Notes under the pieces: model-generated
Told to the model about the DNA's origin: nothing
Seen by the model: the letters and a program-made list of their open reading frames with translations, nothing else
Database searches by the model: none
Program-made: the position numbers and the translations under genes
Assembly (NCBI RefSeq): GCF_009914755.1
Contig: NC_060937.1
DNA: 64,000 nucleotides
Reading direction: 5' to 3' (one strand)
Origin: the human T2T-CHM13v2.0 reference genome, Homo sapiens
Shown: in pieces, positions 45,019 to 58,579 of the stretch
Layout: the number at the start of each line of letters is the position of its first letter
How positions within the stretch are numbered: the first letter of the stretch is position 1

Positions 45019-45352
45019 TATGGTCATGTGCCACTTAATGATGGGGATATGTTCAAAGAAATATGTTTTTAGGCAATTTCATCCACTTGTGAACATCATA
45101 GAGTGGACTTATGCAAACCTATTGTGTATAGCCTACTGCACACCTAGACATATGATATAACCTACTCCTCCTAGGGTACAAACCTGTACAGTATGTTACT
45201 ATACTGAATACTGTGGGCAATTTTAATATAAAGGTAAGTATTTGTGTATCTAAACATAAAAATGGTAAACATATGTATTATAGTCTTATGTGACCGCCAT
45301 CACCTATGAGGTCTGTCATTGACCAAAACATTGTTATGCAGCACGTAACTGT
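45019..45352. mobile_element. Tigger3a-like TcMar MITE
   Basis: gtcatgtgccacttaatgatggggata...gaacatcatagagtg...caaacctgtacagtatgttact...gttatgcagcacgtaactg. Confidence 0.8.
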
Positions 45353-45361
45353 GCATGCACA

Positions 45362-45728
45362 TAAAAATGGCCCATGATTTAAGATGGTTTGAGTTAAAAT
45401 TTTTCAATTTTTTGACAGTGCAAAAGCAATGCATATTTAGCATAAACCATACTTTGAATATACATATGACTCTTCCGTTTTTCATTTTTATTATAGTATT
45501 CAATAAATTACATGAGATGTTGAATATTTTATTATAAAAAAGGCTTTATGCTGGATGATTTTGCCAACTGTAGGGTGATGTAATTGTTCTGAGCACCTTT
45601 AAGGTAGGCTAGCCTAGGCTGTGAGGTTTGATAGGTTAGGTGTATTAAATGAATTTTCAACTTATGATATTTCAAATTTATGATGGGTTTACTGGACATA
45701 ATCCCATTATATGTCAAGGTATATCTGT
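45362..45728 (-). mobile_element. MER47A-like TcMar-Tigger MITE
   Basis: agtattcaataaattacatgagat...aaggtaggcta...aggttaggtgtattaaatg...tatgatgggttta. Confidence 0.75.
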
Positions 45729-46111
45729 ACAAACTGTATACATGTGATAGGGTTGAAATATAATATTACCATAACATAACTGAATATATTTTTATTCCTT
45801 CAAGAACATTTTCTTGTGTGCATTTCATCATTTCACTTTGACTACATTTCTATGGGGTAGACCCTTAAGTTTTAAATTATTTTATTTAGAGATCAAGAAA
45901 AATAATGTATAGAAAGATTAAAGGTTTTATAGCACATTTTAATGAAAATATCAATTTCAGAACTCAAACACATTTGTAAATAAAGCATTCATCTCTATAT
46001 GAGAAAGAACACCCTCAAAAACATAGGCCAGTACTAATCAATCTTGTCCTCAAAAAGTGTTTTATGCTTAAGCCCAGCAGAATCTCCAATAGTTCTCCAA
46101 TTTAACCTAAC

Positions 46112-47572
46112 TGATGTTTGCAGCAGCCACTGACACACACCAGCTGCAGTGAGGGCTGTGTGCTCCAGAGCTGGCCTGGGCCAGGAACAAGCAGGAGCCC
46201 TGCCCCCTACTGAGTTAAAAGGGTGGGAATCCCACACTCCCAGGGACATCTGCAGCAGCCCAGCCCAGACTCTGGACCAGGACGAGGGAATCCATGCACT
46301 CTTGGGGGCCCAGGAAGACCCCCTGTCCCCGTAGGCTCGTAAGTGCCTGCTCTAGCTCCCTGGCCTCTCCCTGCTCCTGGTGCCAACTATGATTTTGGAG
46401 CAAAGTTGTGGCTAAGCCTGGGTGCTGTCACAAGCCTGCCAGGTGTGCCTGTGCTTGGGGCAGTGCTGGCATGCCAGCCTCCTTCTGTTTCAGCCCCCTC
46501 TGAATTTTGGGCACCGATGAGGATCGAAGGGAGGCTGAGAGTGGCTCAGCACAGGCCTGCAGGTGCCCCTCCGCACAAACAGCTTGGGCACCATGGATGA
46601 CCTATTGATGGAAGCAGGAGGCAGACAGGCTCCTGGACAAAAAGGGGCGGGTCCCAGGTGAAGCTCACCTTCAAGCCAGGGGGCCAGATTTTTAGTTCTG
46701 GGTAGAGTCTGGGGCCTGGAGTGAGAACTTATGGTGGTTTTTCCAGGTCCACCCATGGCCACCCATGGACAAATCAGCATGTACTTCCTCCTTTCTGAGC
46801 CCATAAAAACCCCAGACTCAGCTGGACTCACACAGACCTGGGGGCCACCTGCCTGTGGAAAGAAGCTACCCACTGTGGGTCCCCTCTCCACTAAGAGCTG
46901 AACACTTATATGGACAACCTGCATGCAGAAAGGAGCTACTCATTTTCATTCTCCTGAGAACTGTTCTGCCGCTCAATGAAGCTCTTCTCCACTTTGCTCA
47001 CCCTCCAGTTTTCTGCATTCCTCATTCCTCCTGGACATAGGACAAGAACTCAGGACCTGCCAAATGGCAACACTGAAAGAGCTGTTATACAAACAGATCT
47101 GAAACACACCTCCTACTTGCCATGTTGCCAGTGATGAGGAGAAAAGAGCTGAGGCCCTTTGGGAAGCCCAAATATAGGGGCTCCCTGAGCCAGGGTTGTG
47201 ACACCCTCTTTGGGGCTCTATGGTCCATGGTGTCTCCCAACTTCTGGAAGCCATTGCATTCTCCTCATCCAGACACAATTGCCCACATCGGAAGCTGCAT
47301 ACAATACATCTGGTCCAGCTGCAATGTCAAAAAGAGCCAACACTTGTGCTGGTACCTGGAGCTGCCCACTCTGCTGCAGCAACTAGTGTGCCTAGCTCTG
47401 ATCAGTGGCCGGACCCAACAGTCACTCATCCACACACCCCTCACTGCTCCACACCTGGATTGCCCTTGGCAGGTGTGGTATCTGTGCTGGAAGCAAGAGC
47501 TGAGTGCAGCCTGCTAGGCAGAGTAGGCAGAATGAGCCCAGCAGGTATGAGCAATACTCAGACCGAAGGTGC
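46112..47572 (+). mobile_element. MER52-like long ERV1 LTR, 3' end missing
   Basis: GC-rich 1.46-kb island starting TGATG; gcaggagccctgccccctactgagtt, ccacccatggacaaatcagcatg, ttctgagcccataaaaaccccagactcag. Confidence 0.85.
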
Positions 47573-48049
47573 ATACACATACAAATGTGCATAAGCTCAC
47601 TACTATCACGAGCACAAAATCCTAATGTTAAAAAGCAAAGAAAGCAGAAGTCAAGCTACATAAATAAAAAGAAAACAATAACACAAAAAAATTATGTAGA
47701 GCTTAAGTGAAATATTGTGGCTAAACCTTGGAGTTCTTGCTGGATAGGGCAAGAGATAATTCCAAAAATTTAAGGGTGAGGGCACTATCAAACAAGTCTT
47801 ATCCAATATTATTAACTTTGTATTTAAATAAGAGTGTAATTTTAAAGGTTAAAGAAACGTGAAAATAAGCGCTAATCTCCAATTAAAGTTCTTAATAACA
47901 ATTTAATTGAATTCTGTTAATTTTCTCCTCCAAGATTAAATAGAACTAGCGCAAAAAAAAAAGTTGAAAATTTATCTTTAAATCTATGAAAATACTGTTA
48001 GATAGAATAAGATATTGAAATCTACGAGTGAATAACTTACGGGAAGCTA

Positions 48050-48295
48050 AATAACAACAAATCCTAATATAGCATTTACCACATGCCCAGCATGATTTTG
48101 CATATGTTAATACAATCGTTACTCACAAGTACCCTATAATATTGATTTTATTACTATCCTAAAGTTATAAATTAGAAAGTTGATAAATGGAAGATAAAAT
48201 AAATTGTCCAATGTCATAAAAGTATAAAGTGGCAAAGCTGAGACTTGAACTCAAATAGTGGGGTTATGTCTGGTCTCTGAATCTCCATACCACCC
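48050..48295 (-). mobile_element. MIR
   Basis: tatagcatttaccacatgcc...aagtggcaaagctgagacttgaactca. Confidence 0.6.
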
Positions 48296-48419
48296 TTGCC
48301 CTTAGAGTTAATTCAGCAGCTGTTCTAGCAGTACACACCAAAAGTAATAAGGACCTCATCTAAACAGATGGACAGCTGAAATCTATGAAGATTAGTACCT
48401 GATTTAGAGACTGATGCAG

Positions 48420-49035
48420 AGAGACACGTTTCTAGTGATTTTGAAGTTTAGGGCCTAGGTGACTTGTTGGATGACTGTGCTGTTTAGTGAGACTGAAAGC
48501 AAAGCTCAAAGAAACAGATTGGAAAAATACACTTAGTGCAGTTGTTAAAACGTGGAGTTAAAGGCACATGTGAATAATCCAAAGAGATGTTTCCAAAAGG
48601 CAAATAAAGGGTTTAAAGATTTACAGAGAGGTCTAGATTTTTCCTTAAAGTAGATAATTGGGGCTCAATAGTATACAGTTAGAAGTTGAATCAATGGTTA
48701 GAACAAAGTTACTTCTCAAGTGAGAAAAATATAGGAAATGTAAAGTATAGGAAAACATATAGGAAATGAAACGTTATTGAAGTCAAAAGGACAGGAGGAA
48801 ACAGAAGAGATTAATGTCACTGAAGCAACTTAATGAGATCATTTCAAAAATAATGGAGATATCTGCTAATCAAGTGCTATAGTAAGTCCACGTAACATTT
48901 CAAATTAAATACTCACTGTATTTTTTATGTTGTTGATCATTTAATGTCAATTATTTCAACAGAATATCCTGACTTGACGTCAGAGTCCAAGAAATGATGA
49001 TACTTGAGTGTAGATCATTCTTTCAAGGCTCTTAA
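48420..49035 (-). mobile_element. Degenerate L2 fragment
   Basis: Weak L2-like motifs (gtttagtgagactg, ccaaagagatgtttcca, gtgtagatcattctttcaag). Confidence 0.4.
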
Positions 49036-49414
49036 ACCGTAAATTGCCTTGAGGGCTAGGCAGAGAGAAGCATCTAATTCAGGAAAGGTTGTCTCTGTGT
49101 TATGAGGCAGCAGAAGTGTTTGCAAGTCCAAAGAAGAGAACAAATGGAAACGTAATATGTTGAAAAGTCTAAAGGAAAACTCGGGTGAGCCTGGGGAGAT
49201 GGACTAATAGGAAGAAAAAGATACTGAATGCGGGAGGAAGAAGAATCACAGAACTGAGTAAGCTATAAGAAGTTAATGAAGGTCCACTCACAAGGAAGTA
49301 AGAGGAAGTTGAGTACTTTTTCACCAGCTAGCTTCACTTATCTCAGTGAAGAGGCAGGTACTATTATTTGCTGATAGTGAGGGGGCTAGTGGGAGGGCAG
49401 AGGCTTTGGTCAAA

Positions 49415-49655
49415 GAACAATAGTACCATTTAACACTTATTACATACTCCATGCCAGACGATCTGCTAAATTCTTTGCATATATTATCACTTTAATCTTC
49501 ACGACCATTTTAAGTAGTTGCTATTACTACCTCTATTTTACAAATGATGAAATTGAGCAAAAGAAAGGTAAATAATTTGCCCAAAGTTACAGAGTTTATA
49601 AATGATAGTGGTGTGAATTTGACTTCATGCCTTTATCCATATATTATACTGTCTC
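49415..49655 (-). mobile_element. MIR
   Basis: attttacaaatgatgaaattgag...aaggtaaataatttgcccaaagttacagag. Confidence 0.75.
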
Positions 49656-49688
49656 TTGAATACTAAAAATCTTTAACGATTTAAATGG

Positions 49689-50077
49689 TGTTATGTTCTG
49701 AATATGTCCCAAAATTAATGTGTTGGGAACTTTATCTCAAATGCGACAGTGTTAAGATATGTATATGGCTTTTGGGAGGTGTTTAGGTCATGAAGGCTCC
49801 ATCCTCATGAATAATTAATCCTTTCATAAAAAGGACTTTCAGGAGTGAATTAACTCTCTTCTGCTATTCTGCCTTTTGAAAACAGAGTTTGTTCCTTTTT
49901 GCCCTTCTGCCTTCTGTCACGTGAGGAAGCAGCAAAAAGGCCCTCACCTAATGCCATATGCCATCACCTTGATCTTGGACTTCACAGCCTTCATAAATGT
50001 GAGAAATAAATTCCTGTTCTTTATAAATTACTCAGTTTCAGGTTTTCTGTTATAGCAGCACAAAATGGACTAGGATA
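49689..50077 (+). mobile_element. MaLR solo LTR (MST/MLT1A-like) with perfect 5-bp TSD
   Basis: tgttatgttctgaat...cttgatcttggacttc...gtgagaaataaattcctgttctttataaattac...ggactaggata; TSD aatgg at 49684-49688 and 50078-50082. Confidence 0.9.
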
Positions 50078-50759
50078 AATGGACAAAAAGATCTATTTAA
50101 GGAAAACCAAAGTTATATTCTAACAGCATCAATACATAAACTGAGGTTGGAAACACTTATAGTGGCATCAATATGCAAATATGGCATAATATTTTCCAGA
50201 ATGGTTCACTAGCAGAGTGAACCATGCTCAAAGAATTACCTATGTATATATAGCTAATTCTTATATATAAACATGTATGTATATTTTGCTCTTCTTCTGC
50301 CACTTCATATATTTTACATTATTTCTTCATGCCTTACAGAATCACACTTCATTAAAAAGTCTCTTGTCGTCCTCTTTTCTCTGCCTTCATGTTAGGAGTT
50401 AAGCATTTTCCTCAGTATGCTACATCATAGATATAGATCTACTGGCATACTTAGCTGTGCTCTTATCATTGGCCAACTGGGCTGTCTTCCTCTGTATCAT
50501 GAGACTACCTGGAGAGCAGAAGCTGTACCTTTTATCTATGATTCCCAGGGCACAGATAACCCAGGTACATAAAGGCAGTCATCACAAGTCGGCTGAATGC
50601 ATTAAGTGGAATTTCCTTTTTACATATACTGAAGTGACAATACTAGTGTATCAATAGAATATTGGCTAAAATATTTTGTCTTCATATTGTGAGATATATA
50701 TGTATATATATGTATATGCATACATACACATACACATATATATTCATTTTTGTATGTAT

Positions 50760-52235
50760 TTTCTATTTTTTACTTTATATATACATACTTTATTTTTAGA
50801 GCACTGCATGCAATACAAAGCTGAGTAGAAGGTACAAGTTTTTCCACATATCCCCTGCTTCTGTGTACGTATAGCCTCCCCTATTATCAACATCCCCCAC
50901 CAGAGTGATACATTCACTATAATTGGTGAAACTATGTTGATACCTTATTATTACCTAAAGTCCATAGTTTATATTTGGACTCACTCTCAGTGTTGTCCAT
51001 TCTGTGGGTTTGAACAAATGTATAATGACATGTATCCACCATTATGATATTATACAGAGTAGTTCCACTGCCCTAAAAATCTTCTGCCCTCCTCCTATTC
51101 AATCCTGCCTCCCCCATCTTCTGAAACTTTTTAGTGTTTCCATAGTTTTGCCTTTTCCAGAATGTCATATGGTTGTATGCATGATTTTCAGATTGACCTT
51201 TTCCACTCACTAATACGCATTAAAGTGTCTTGCATGGCTTTTCATGGCTTGATAGGCCACTTCTTTATAACACTGAATAATATCCTATTGGCTGGATATA
51301 CCAATGTTTATTAATCCATTCACATACTGAAGGGCATTTTCATAGCTTCCAGGTTTTGGTAATTATTAATAAAGCTGCTATAAACATACCTATGCTGGTT
51401 CTTGTGTAGTCATAAATTTTCAGCTCCTTTGAGTAAATACCAGAAAGCATGATTGCTGAATCTCATGGTAAATGTATATCTAGTTTTGTAAGCATCTGCC
51501 AAACTGTCTCCCAAAGTAGCTGTGCTATTTTGTATTCCCATCAGCAATGAATGAGAATTCTTCTTCTTCCACGTCCTTGCCAGCATTAGAGTTCTGGATT
51601 TGGGGCATCCTAATAGGTGCCTCAAGTGAAGCCCCAAAGACTCTTCACATCAAGTGAAGCACCTTTTCATTTGGTTGGTTTTCATCTGTATATCTTTTTT
51701 GGTGAGGTATTTTTTAAGGTCTTTGGCCCATTTTTAAGAAATCGGTTTTTGTTTTGTTTTGTTTTATATTGTTGAGCTTTAAGGGTTCTTTGTATATTTT
51801 AAAAACTGTCCTTTATCGAATATGTCTTTGGCAAGTAGTTTATCCCAGTCTGTGTCTTGTCTTTTCATTCCCTTCTCTGTTGCAGAGCAGAAACTTTATT
51901 TTAATGAAGTCTCATTTATCAATTTTTTCAGAGATCATTCCTTTGGTGTTATAGATACAGACATTGCCAAACCCAAAGTCACTTCGATTTTCTCCTTTTT
52001 TCTTCTAGGAGATTTCAAGTTTTGCCTTTTACAAGTAGACCTGTGATTCATTATCTATCAATTTTGGGGGAGGGTATAAGGTTTGTTTATATACTTTTCT
52101 TTAGATGCGGCTATCCAGTTGTTCTAGCACTGTTTGTTGAAAACACTTTTTCCCTCTTTGATCTTTTTTCAAAGGTAAGTTGATTACGTGTGTGTGTGTG
52201 TGTGTGTGTTTGGTTGTAGGATCTCTATTCTATTC
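50760..52235 (-). mobile_element. L1MC/MD-like 3' end; (GT)n at about 52188-52208
   Basis: attatcaacatcccccaccagagtg, gttttgccttttccagaatgtcata, tatccagttgttctagcac. Confidence 0.85.
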
Positions 52236-53044
52236 CATTGACCTAGTTCCTATATGTTTTCTTTTTGTCACAACTGTGACTAGTGATACTCACCTATTTT
52301 GGGGAATGGAGTGAGAAAAAATATTATATACAAAACACATCAAAATGTTCTGTGGCATGGTCTTCATTGTACTCTAAATATTATGTAAGAAATGAAAAAA
52401 TTATATATACTTAATACAATATGGTGATCAAACAGGAATATTATGAAAAAATATAAAGAATGATAAAATGATGAATTATTTTTAGATTTGTTTTTAAATT
52501 ACTATTTACATGATTTTATAGGTATAATCCAACTACACAATACAAACAAATATCCTTGATTTCTTATGTATGCAAATCAGTGGGCTACACGGTGAGGTTG
52601 GATGAATTTAGCAAAACATAGAGCTAGCTATTTTACATGCTACCATCTGAAAAGGAAATATGTCAAGTTATTCTCCAAGCATAAGTTGAAGCCTAAGCCT
52701 TTTTTTATGCCTTAATCTCATGCCTTCTTTGATGCATAGTTTATAAGGCAAGCAATCTGGCAAACTTTAACTGTATTAAGAGTTTTCAAGAAAGATAAAA
52801 TTTACACTGAGTAAAACTATACATTGCAAAGCCCAGAACTATATCATGAGTTATTTATGTTGAAGTTTCGATCATGTCTTCCATATGCATAACACATGCA
52901 TATCCTCTTAAAGCGTTCCTCTGGTTAAAGAATGTTCTTCCATGTTTTTCAGTCACACAGACCTTTATTCACTATACCTAGAGTGCTGGAAAATGAATAT
53001 ACCTTTCTTTATGCTTTTCTGAGGTAAAACAGATAACATTATCA

Positions 53045-53870
53045 CCAGGTTTTCATTTAGAAAATATTCAAACATATCAGCTCTATCAAATCTATCAAAA
53101 AGTTATAAAAATACTATCCTCATGTACCGATCACTATATTATCAAATTTTTGTTGCATATGTTTTATTGCTCCATACCTCTCTCTACATGTGTGTACCTG
53201 AGTGTCCTCTTCCCTACTCAAATATTTGTTATTTTCTGAAACACTTGGTAGTGTGTTGACACCATCATAACACTTCACCTAAAAATATTTTGGTATCAGT
53301 TCCTTAAGAACAAAGACATTCTGTAATGTATTATCAATACTATTTTCACCACCAATAAAATTAATAATAATTCCATAACATCATTTAAGTTCGTACTCAC
53401 ATTTTTCTAACTGCCACAAAATATTTTATTATGTTGTTATTTTTTAATCTAGGAACCAGCAAGTTCACAAAGTGTCGATTTTTTGTTGTATCTGTTTGGA
53501 CGCCTTTAAAAGCCTGAAGCCTCATTTACATCCTTCAAACTTTCCTTTCTTGTTTTGTCCCTGGTTGACTTTGCTGAATCAATCATGACAGTGCTTCATA
53601 GAAAATCTCACAATATGGCTTTGTTTGACTGCTTTCTCATGGTTGTTTTCTAGCTTTCTAGCTTGTTTGTATATCCTTTATATTGCCAGTAAATGGTTCT
53701 TCAGATTTAAAAACTTAACATTTTTGGCAACTCTGTGGATAACTTGCCTCAAACAAGTGTCATAACATGTTGGGTTGTCCCCTCTTAGTTATAGTAAGTT
53801 TAGTAACTTACTAAAGGGGTGATTACCATATGACTCCATTAGAAACGTATATAGTTTTTCCTTAGTAATT
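53045..53870 (-). mobile_element. Old L1 (L1MC4-like) 3' UTR fragment
   Basis: cacttcacctaaaaatatttt...ttccttaagaacaaagacattct. Confidence 0.5.
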
Positions 53871-53979
53871 AGCCTCCTCAAGCATTTTCTCTTGATGTCT
53901 GTCAAAAATGTTTATCATGAGTTTAATTAGTTGCAAAAAAAATGTATTAGGGTGTTTTAAAGATTGTTGATATGTTTTA

Positions 53980-54025
53980 CGAGATCAGAGGATATCGGGC
54001 ACATTCAGGATGGTGTGGCGTAGAC
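53980..54025 (-). pseudogene. 5S rRNA 5'-fragment retropseudogene (tailless) with 18-bp TSD
   Basis: Minus strand GTCTACGCCACACCATCCTGAATGTGCCCGATATCCTCTGATCTCG matches the 5S 5' end (GTCTACGGCCATACCACCCTGAACGCGCCCGATCTCGTCTGATCTCG); flanked by gattgttgatatgtttta at 53962-53979 and 54026-54043. Confidence 0.93.
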
Positions 54026-54515
54026 GATTGTTGATATGTTTTAAATACATTTTCTCAAAACCTTGAACCAAACAAAATAGCTTATTTAGTATATGGAAAA
54101 TATTTCTCACTTAACTGAATTAGCAAATGACCCAGCTAAATTAAATTGAACTTTAATTTTTAAAGTTTTGACAATTTCTTAATTCAAAGAAATCTAGTAG
54201 TTTATATTTTCATCATAACCATAACACTTCTGAATTGTAAGACCTAGATAGAAAGATAGAGAGTGAGAAAGGGGGAAGAGAGAGAGATTGAGGAAAAAAC
54301 TCAGGGGGCTTGCCATGAGTGTTTTTCACCAGGATAAAATCGAGTGCTGTTATTTTTTTCTTACAGAAGTCCCCCTTGCTCTGCTTTGCTTTGCTTTCTA
54401 GAAGTTTCTCCTCAACGTAAGTTTTTTCTAGAATTGTCTTTTTAGTTAGTATTCAGGAGGTTATTCCCCCAATGCCCCATTGCAAGATTCTGGTTAGGGG
54501 TGAGGAGAAAAGATT

Positions 54516-54541
54516 TCTCTCTCTCTCTCTCTCTCTCTCTC
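54516..54541. repeat. (CT)n microsatellite
   Basis: tctctctctctctctctctctctc run. Confidence 0.9.
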
Positions 54542-54811
54542 GCTCTGGCTCTGTCTCTTTTTCTTTCTTTATTTCTCTTTCAGTTTAGGAGGGAACAATT
54601 ATGAACGGAAGTTGGAGAGAAGAACTCGCACAGCACAAATGCATTGTTATACAGATCAAATTTAGGAAGGGGTACTCAAGAAAGTTGAGGAGCTGCAATT
54701 TGATTCCCTTAAAGATAGTACAACATTTTTAGTACCAGAAGAGTCTTCCTGTGCCTCTAAGGATATGCAGACACCAGTGTGAAAAATTCTAGTCTGAAGG
54801 ACAATCCCAGG

Positions 54812-55010
54812 AATAATAATAGCTAACCCTTTATAAGCTCCTAATATGTGCCAGACACTTTAGATATTTTTTATAAGACTCACAATAGTCTCATGAAGGA
54901 GATACTATATTTCGAATGCATAAGTTTAGGTTTACATTCACATGAATTTTATGTGATCCTACAGAAATATAACCAGGTCAGAGGACTCCAAACCCTTCAT
55001 TATCTCCACT
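54812..55010 (-). mobile_element. MIR fragment
   Basis: aataataatagctaaccc...atatgtgccagacact. Confidence 0.55.
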
Positions 55011-56359
55011 ATTTGAAGCTGCCACTCATTTAAATTATAGTTAAGGTCTTTGGACTAATTTTCCTAAATTTGGTCCAGAATTGTATACAGTGGTAAATAA
55101 ATGTTTTCAATGTATGTTTTAAATATAATCTACGAGTATAATGTGCTGAAGAGGATCAAGGTGTCTACTTAACCAAAACATAGGCTGCAATTCTCAGTGG
55201 TGATCTCATTTAGTTGACTTTGAGGCGGAATTATTTTATGCATCAATATAGATTCTCTGATATTTTACTTATTTATTATCTTAAAAAATTCTGGCATTTG
55301 TCATGTAATGGGAGTTAGTCTTGTTTTGTTTTTTATGCACTTTTCCTAGTGTACAGAACATCTAGACAAGAACATGCATGAAATATCTAACTTGTAGGCT
55401 CTAGGGTAATTGATTATGTTTTTGAGAAAGTTGTTTCCCCCAAAGTATTTGTATTAAACTCCTATACATGTATAAGCTAAGAAAAAGTAAACTAGGAGAT
55501 GCTATCTGAATTCAGAACATAGTCACAATTTGTAAATATGTGGCTTTCACAAACTATTTTTACTATATATATAATATATAGTATACATATGATATATATG
55601 TATTAAAATATGCATGTTTTAAAAATATGTACAGGCATATATATTTTTATACTTGTTCAATTTTAAAAGCAATTCTGAGTGAATAAATTGCCCTACATAT
55701 GTAAACCACCTCTGATCATCTTTATGCCTACCATTGACTGCTCAGCTGTTAAAATAACAGAGACAAAACATTCTCAGTGGAAGCGCTAGAGCTAATAAAG
55801 CAGCAATCCCCAAAGCATTGACTCAGGTGAAACATTTTGAAGGTTCAGGAAAGGCAGCAAAAGCCTTGTCTCCTCACATTGACCTTCCATTTGTGGTAAT
55901 CCAATATGCCCTGCTCACTGCAGGGACATCCTGAAGTTAAAGGCAAAGAGGATATCCCTCTGGCTGCTCCATTTTTTAGTGTGTTAAAAGAGCTTCTTTG
56001 TCTGACCATAACAAGATCAGCAATAAATAAATAATCTAGGTAAATGGACATTTGATAGCACCAAAGAGGGCTCCACACAGAAATTTAAAACAATCACAAA
56101 TCACTATTGCTTCATCATGTTATAAAAGGTATATTTATAACTGATTTTTTTAAAAAAGGCCCTGGATGATATAAAATTAATACTACTGTACCCATTGTTT
56201 TTAGACATTATTAGTTCAACTCTAAAAACAGTACTACATATAGTTAACTTAGAAAAGATAACACAATTTTTAGCAATTTAGTTTTAAGAACTCAGAAATA
56301 CAGTGTGATTTTACAAGGTTCTAATTTGTATTTATACATTTATTTATGTATTACATAAG

Positions 56360-56500
56360 AAATAACACTGGATTGAGTGTAATGTATTTGGATTCTTATC
56401 CTAAAGCTGTCACTAGTTTACTCTGCTACTGAATAAATTACTTAACCCATTTGGGTCCGTTCCCTCATGAGTAAAAATAAGACAACATATATTTATAAGG
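56360..56500 (+). mobile_element. MIR fragment
   Basis: ggattcttatcct...gtcactag...aaattacttaacc...gttccctcatgagtaaaat. Confidence 0.55.
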
Positions 56501-56581
56501 CTACTAATAAAGGCCCAGAGTTTTGCAATGGCTAGAAATTCAAAGGTGATTGAGAAAGAGTTGCTGTCAATTTAAGAACTT

Positions 56582-56584
<3 letters not shown>

Positions 56585-56625
<41 letters not shown>

Positions 56626-56650
56626 GGAGAGAGAGAGAGACAGAGAGAGA
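56585..56650. repeat. (GT)18 followed by (GA)n
   Basis: GT run at 56585-56620, then gagagaga. Confidence 0.95.
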
Positions 56651-58579
56651 TAATGCAAATGATAAAGAGGCAGAATCTGAACTGTATGTTAATGGATAAA
56701 ATCTAGTGAAAAGGGAAAACAAAGTATATATTAAAAAAAGACAAATAGAGGACTAAAAGTTGTTAGAAGATTATGCAGTTGGGCTATTTTTCTATGTTTT
56801 ATCAATGTTATAAAATGTGTATGTTCCTTCAATTTTATGCTGAAAAGTGTTCTAAATAAAAATAGTTATTGACTTTATGCCCTGAATTGTGAGCTTCAGG
56901 TGCATCACAATGGGAAACAACACATTTTGAGTTTAGAGTGTAGTAAAGATATATTCTTAAATACAAAAACAAATATGAAATACTAAATGGAGAATGAGAA
57001 TAGAATGATTTAGGATTTTTAAAAATATTAAAATAAAACTATTACTGTATTTGTGGCTGTTTTTAAAAGTATAACATTTTAAAAGTAGATAAATAGAATT
57101 AATTCTCCTTCACAAACATTATATTCCTGAGCACTGATCTGGAAAAAGATAGACAAAGTAAGAAGCCACGGAGATATAATGACCACTTTGGTGCCAATAA
57201 AATGTATCACTAAAGAGAACCATAGGAGCGTAAAACCCTTTAGAGCCAGTTGAAAGTGAATGTTGTTTTTTTTCCCTTCATCCATGAGTCCCAACACAGC
57301 CTACCTTTCTTCCAGGTAGAACTATGCAGTCACAAAACCAAGGCAAGATATGAATACAAATATAAGTTCTATATTGTGGTAGTGTGATGTGATTGCATTT
57401 CATACAGCAAAGGGGAGAAAACGATAACAAAAGTTGATATTGCTTTTCTACCATGACAATTACCACCCTCTCAAATGTCCTTTAATGTCACCTAACAGAG
57501 GGCATTTTTGAAGCGCAAAATGTAAGTTGTTTTTTTTTTTTTTTTTTTTTATGAACTGAACAAAAACGCTGTTGTTTGTCAGCTTGGAGCATAACCTCTT
57601 TATGCAGCTTGCATCCTGTGAGTGAGAAACAGATGTTTATTGTTTTAAGCCTCTGAGATTTGGGGATTTATTAAGTAGCTTTATCACTGAACAAGCTGAC
57701 TATAGATAACCTGAAATATTTAGAATTGGTTCCGGAGCCACTCCATGCACAGTGAATTTTTAGAGGCTGGAGTTATTGTGGCGATGTTACACAGTGGCAA
57801 AGGATTTGGTAAACCTACTGTCTGAGAAAATTTGAGAGGCCAAACATATTTAATGAATTTATACCCATGATTGAAGAAATTCCTAAAAGAAAGTTACTTG
57901 AAGTAGTTGTGTTTTATTAATTCCATTGCAGAAGGTAGTACAAGGTGTAGGTAAGGTCAGAAAAATAAATTGCTCTTTGAAGAAGTGAAAGGGGTAGGAA
58001 TTAATCCAGAAAGTCCTGGATTTGGAGAAATAAGAAATAAAACCATTGCCCTTCTCTACAAGTAAAGGATAAAATTCAGATATGCTTTGAGATGTAATAC
58101 CTTTGTTAAGAATTATAATTTGATTAATATGGCCCCAGCAAATACTTTTATTTGGACAAAATCACTCAATAAAGGGAGATTACTTTGCGGCCCATGGAAA
58201 GCCAAAAATATGAAAGCACTTATAATTCAGTATATATATAGAGAGAGGTATGTCTTGAAGTTAATTGTTGGTGGGATTATGAGCACATAGAACTGTTTGG
58301 ATTGAATTTTTAAAAATCTCATGTTGTTGTTTATGTTTTTATAGTGGTAGCCTGGATTAAAAGAGACCCACGGCAATTCAAAATGTGACACATTTTTCAG
58401 GCAAAAAGCAGTCTAGGAATTCTGCCTGGTCATAAGGAATGAATATTTCCCAATACTATCATTAAAGGTGGCCAACAAGGATAATGGAAATGCAATGTTG
58501 TCTCAGAGAAATCAAGAGATATTAATGAGGGAACAATTTTTCAGGGAGCATTAGTGGGTATAATCAAGGAATATTCATA

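Noticed and set aside
46034-47710. Cluster of GC-rich ORFs up to 144 aa; possible CpG island or gene
   Set aside because: Lies within a MER52-like LTR; CpG-depleted; GC content explains the scarcity of stops.
53980-54025. Functional 5S rRNA gene
   Set aside because: Only about 47 of about 120 nt, mutated, lacking the internal Pol III promoter and terminator.
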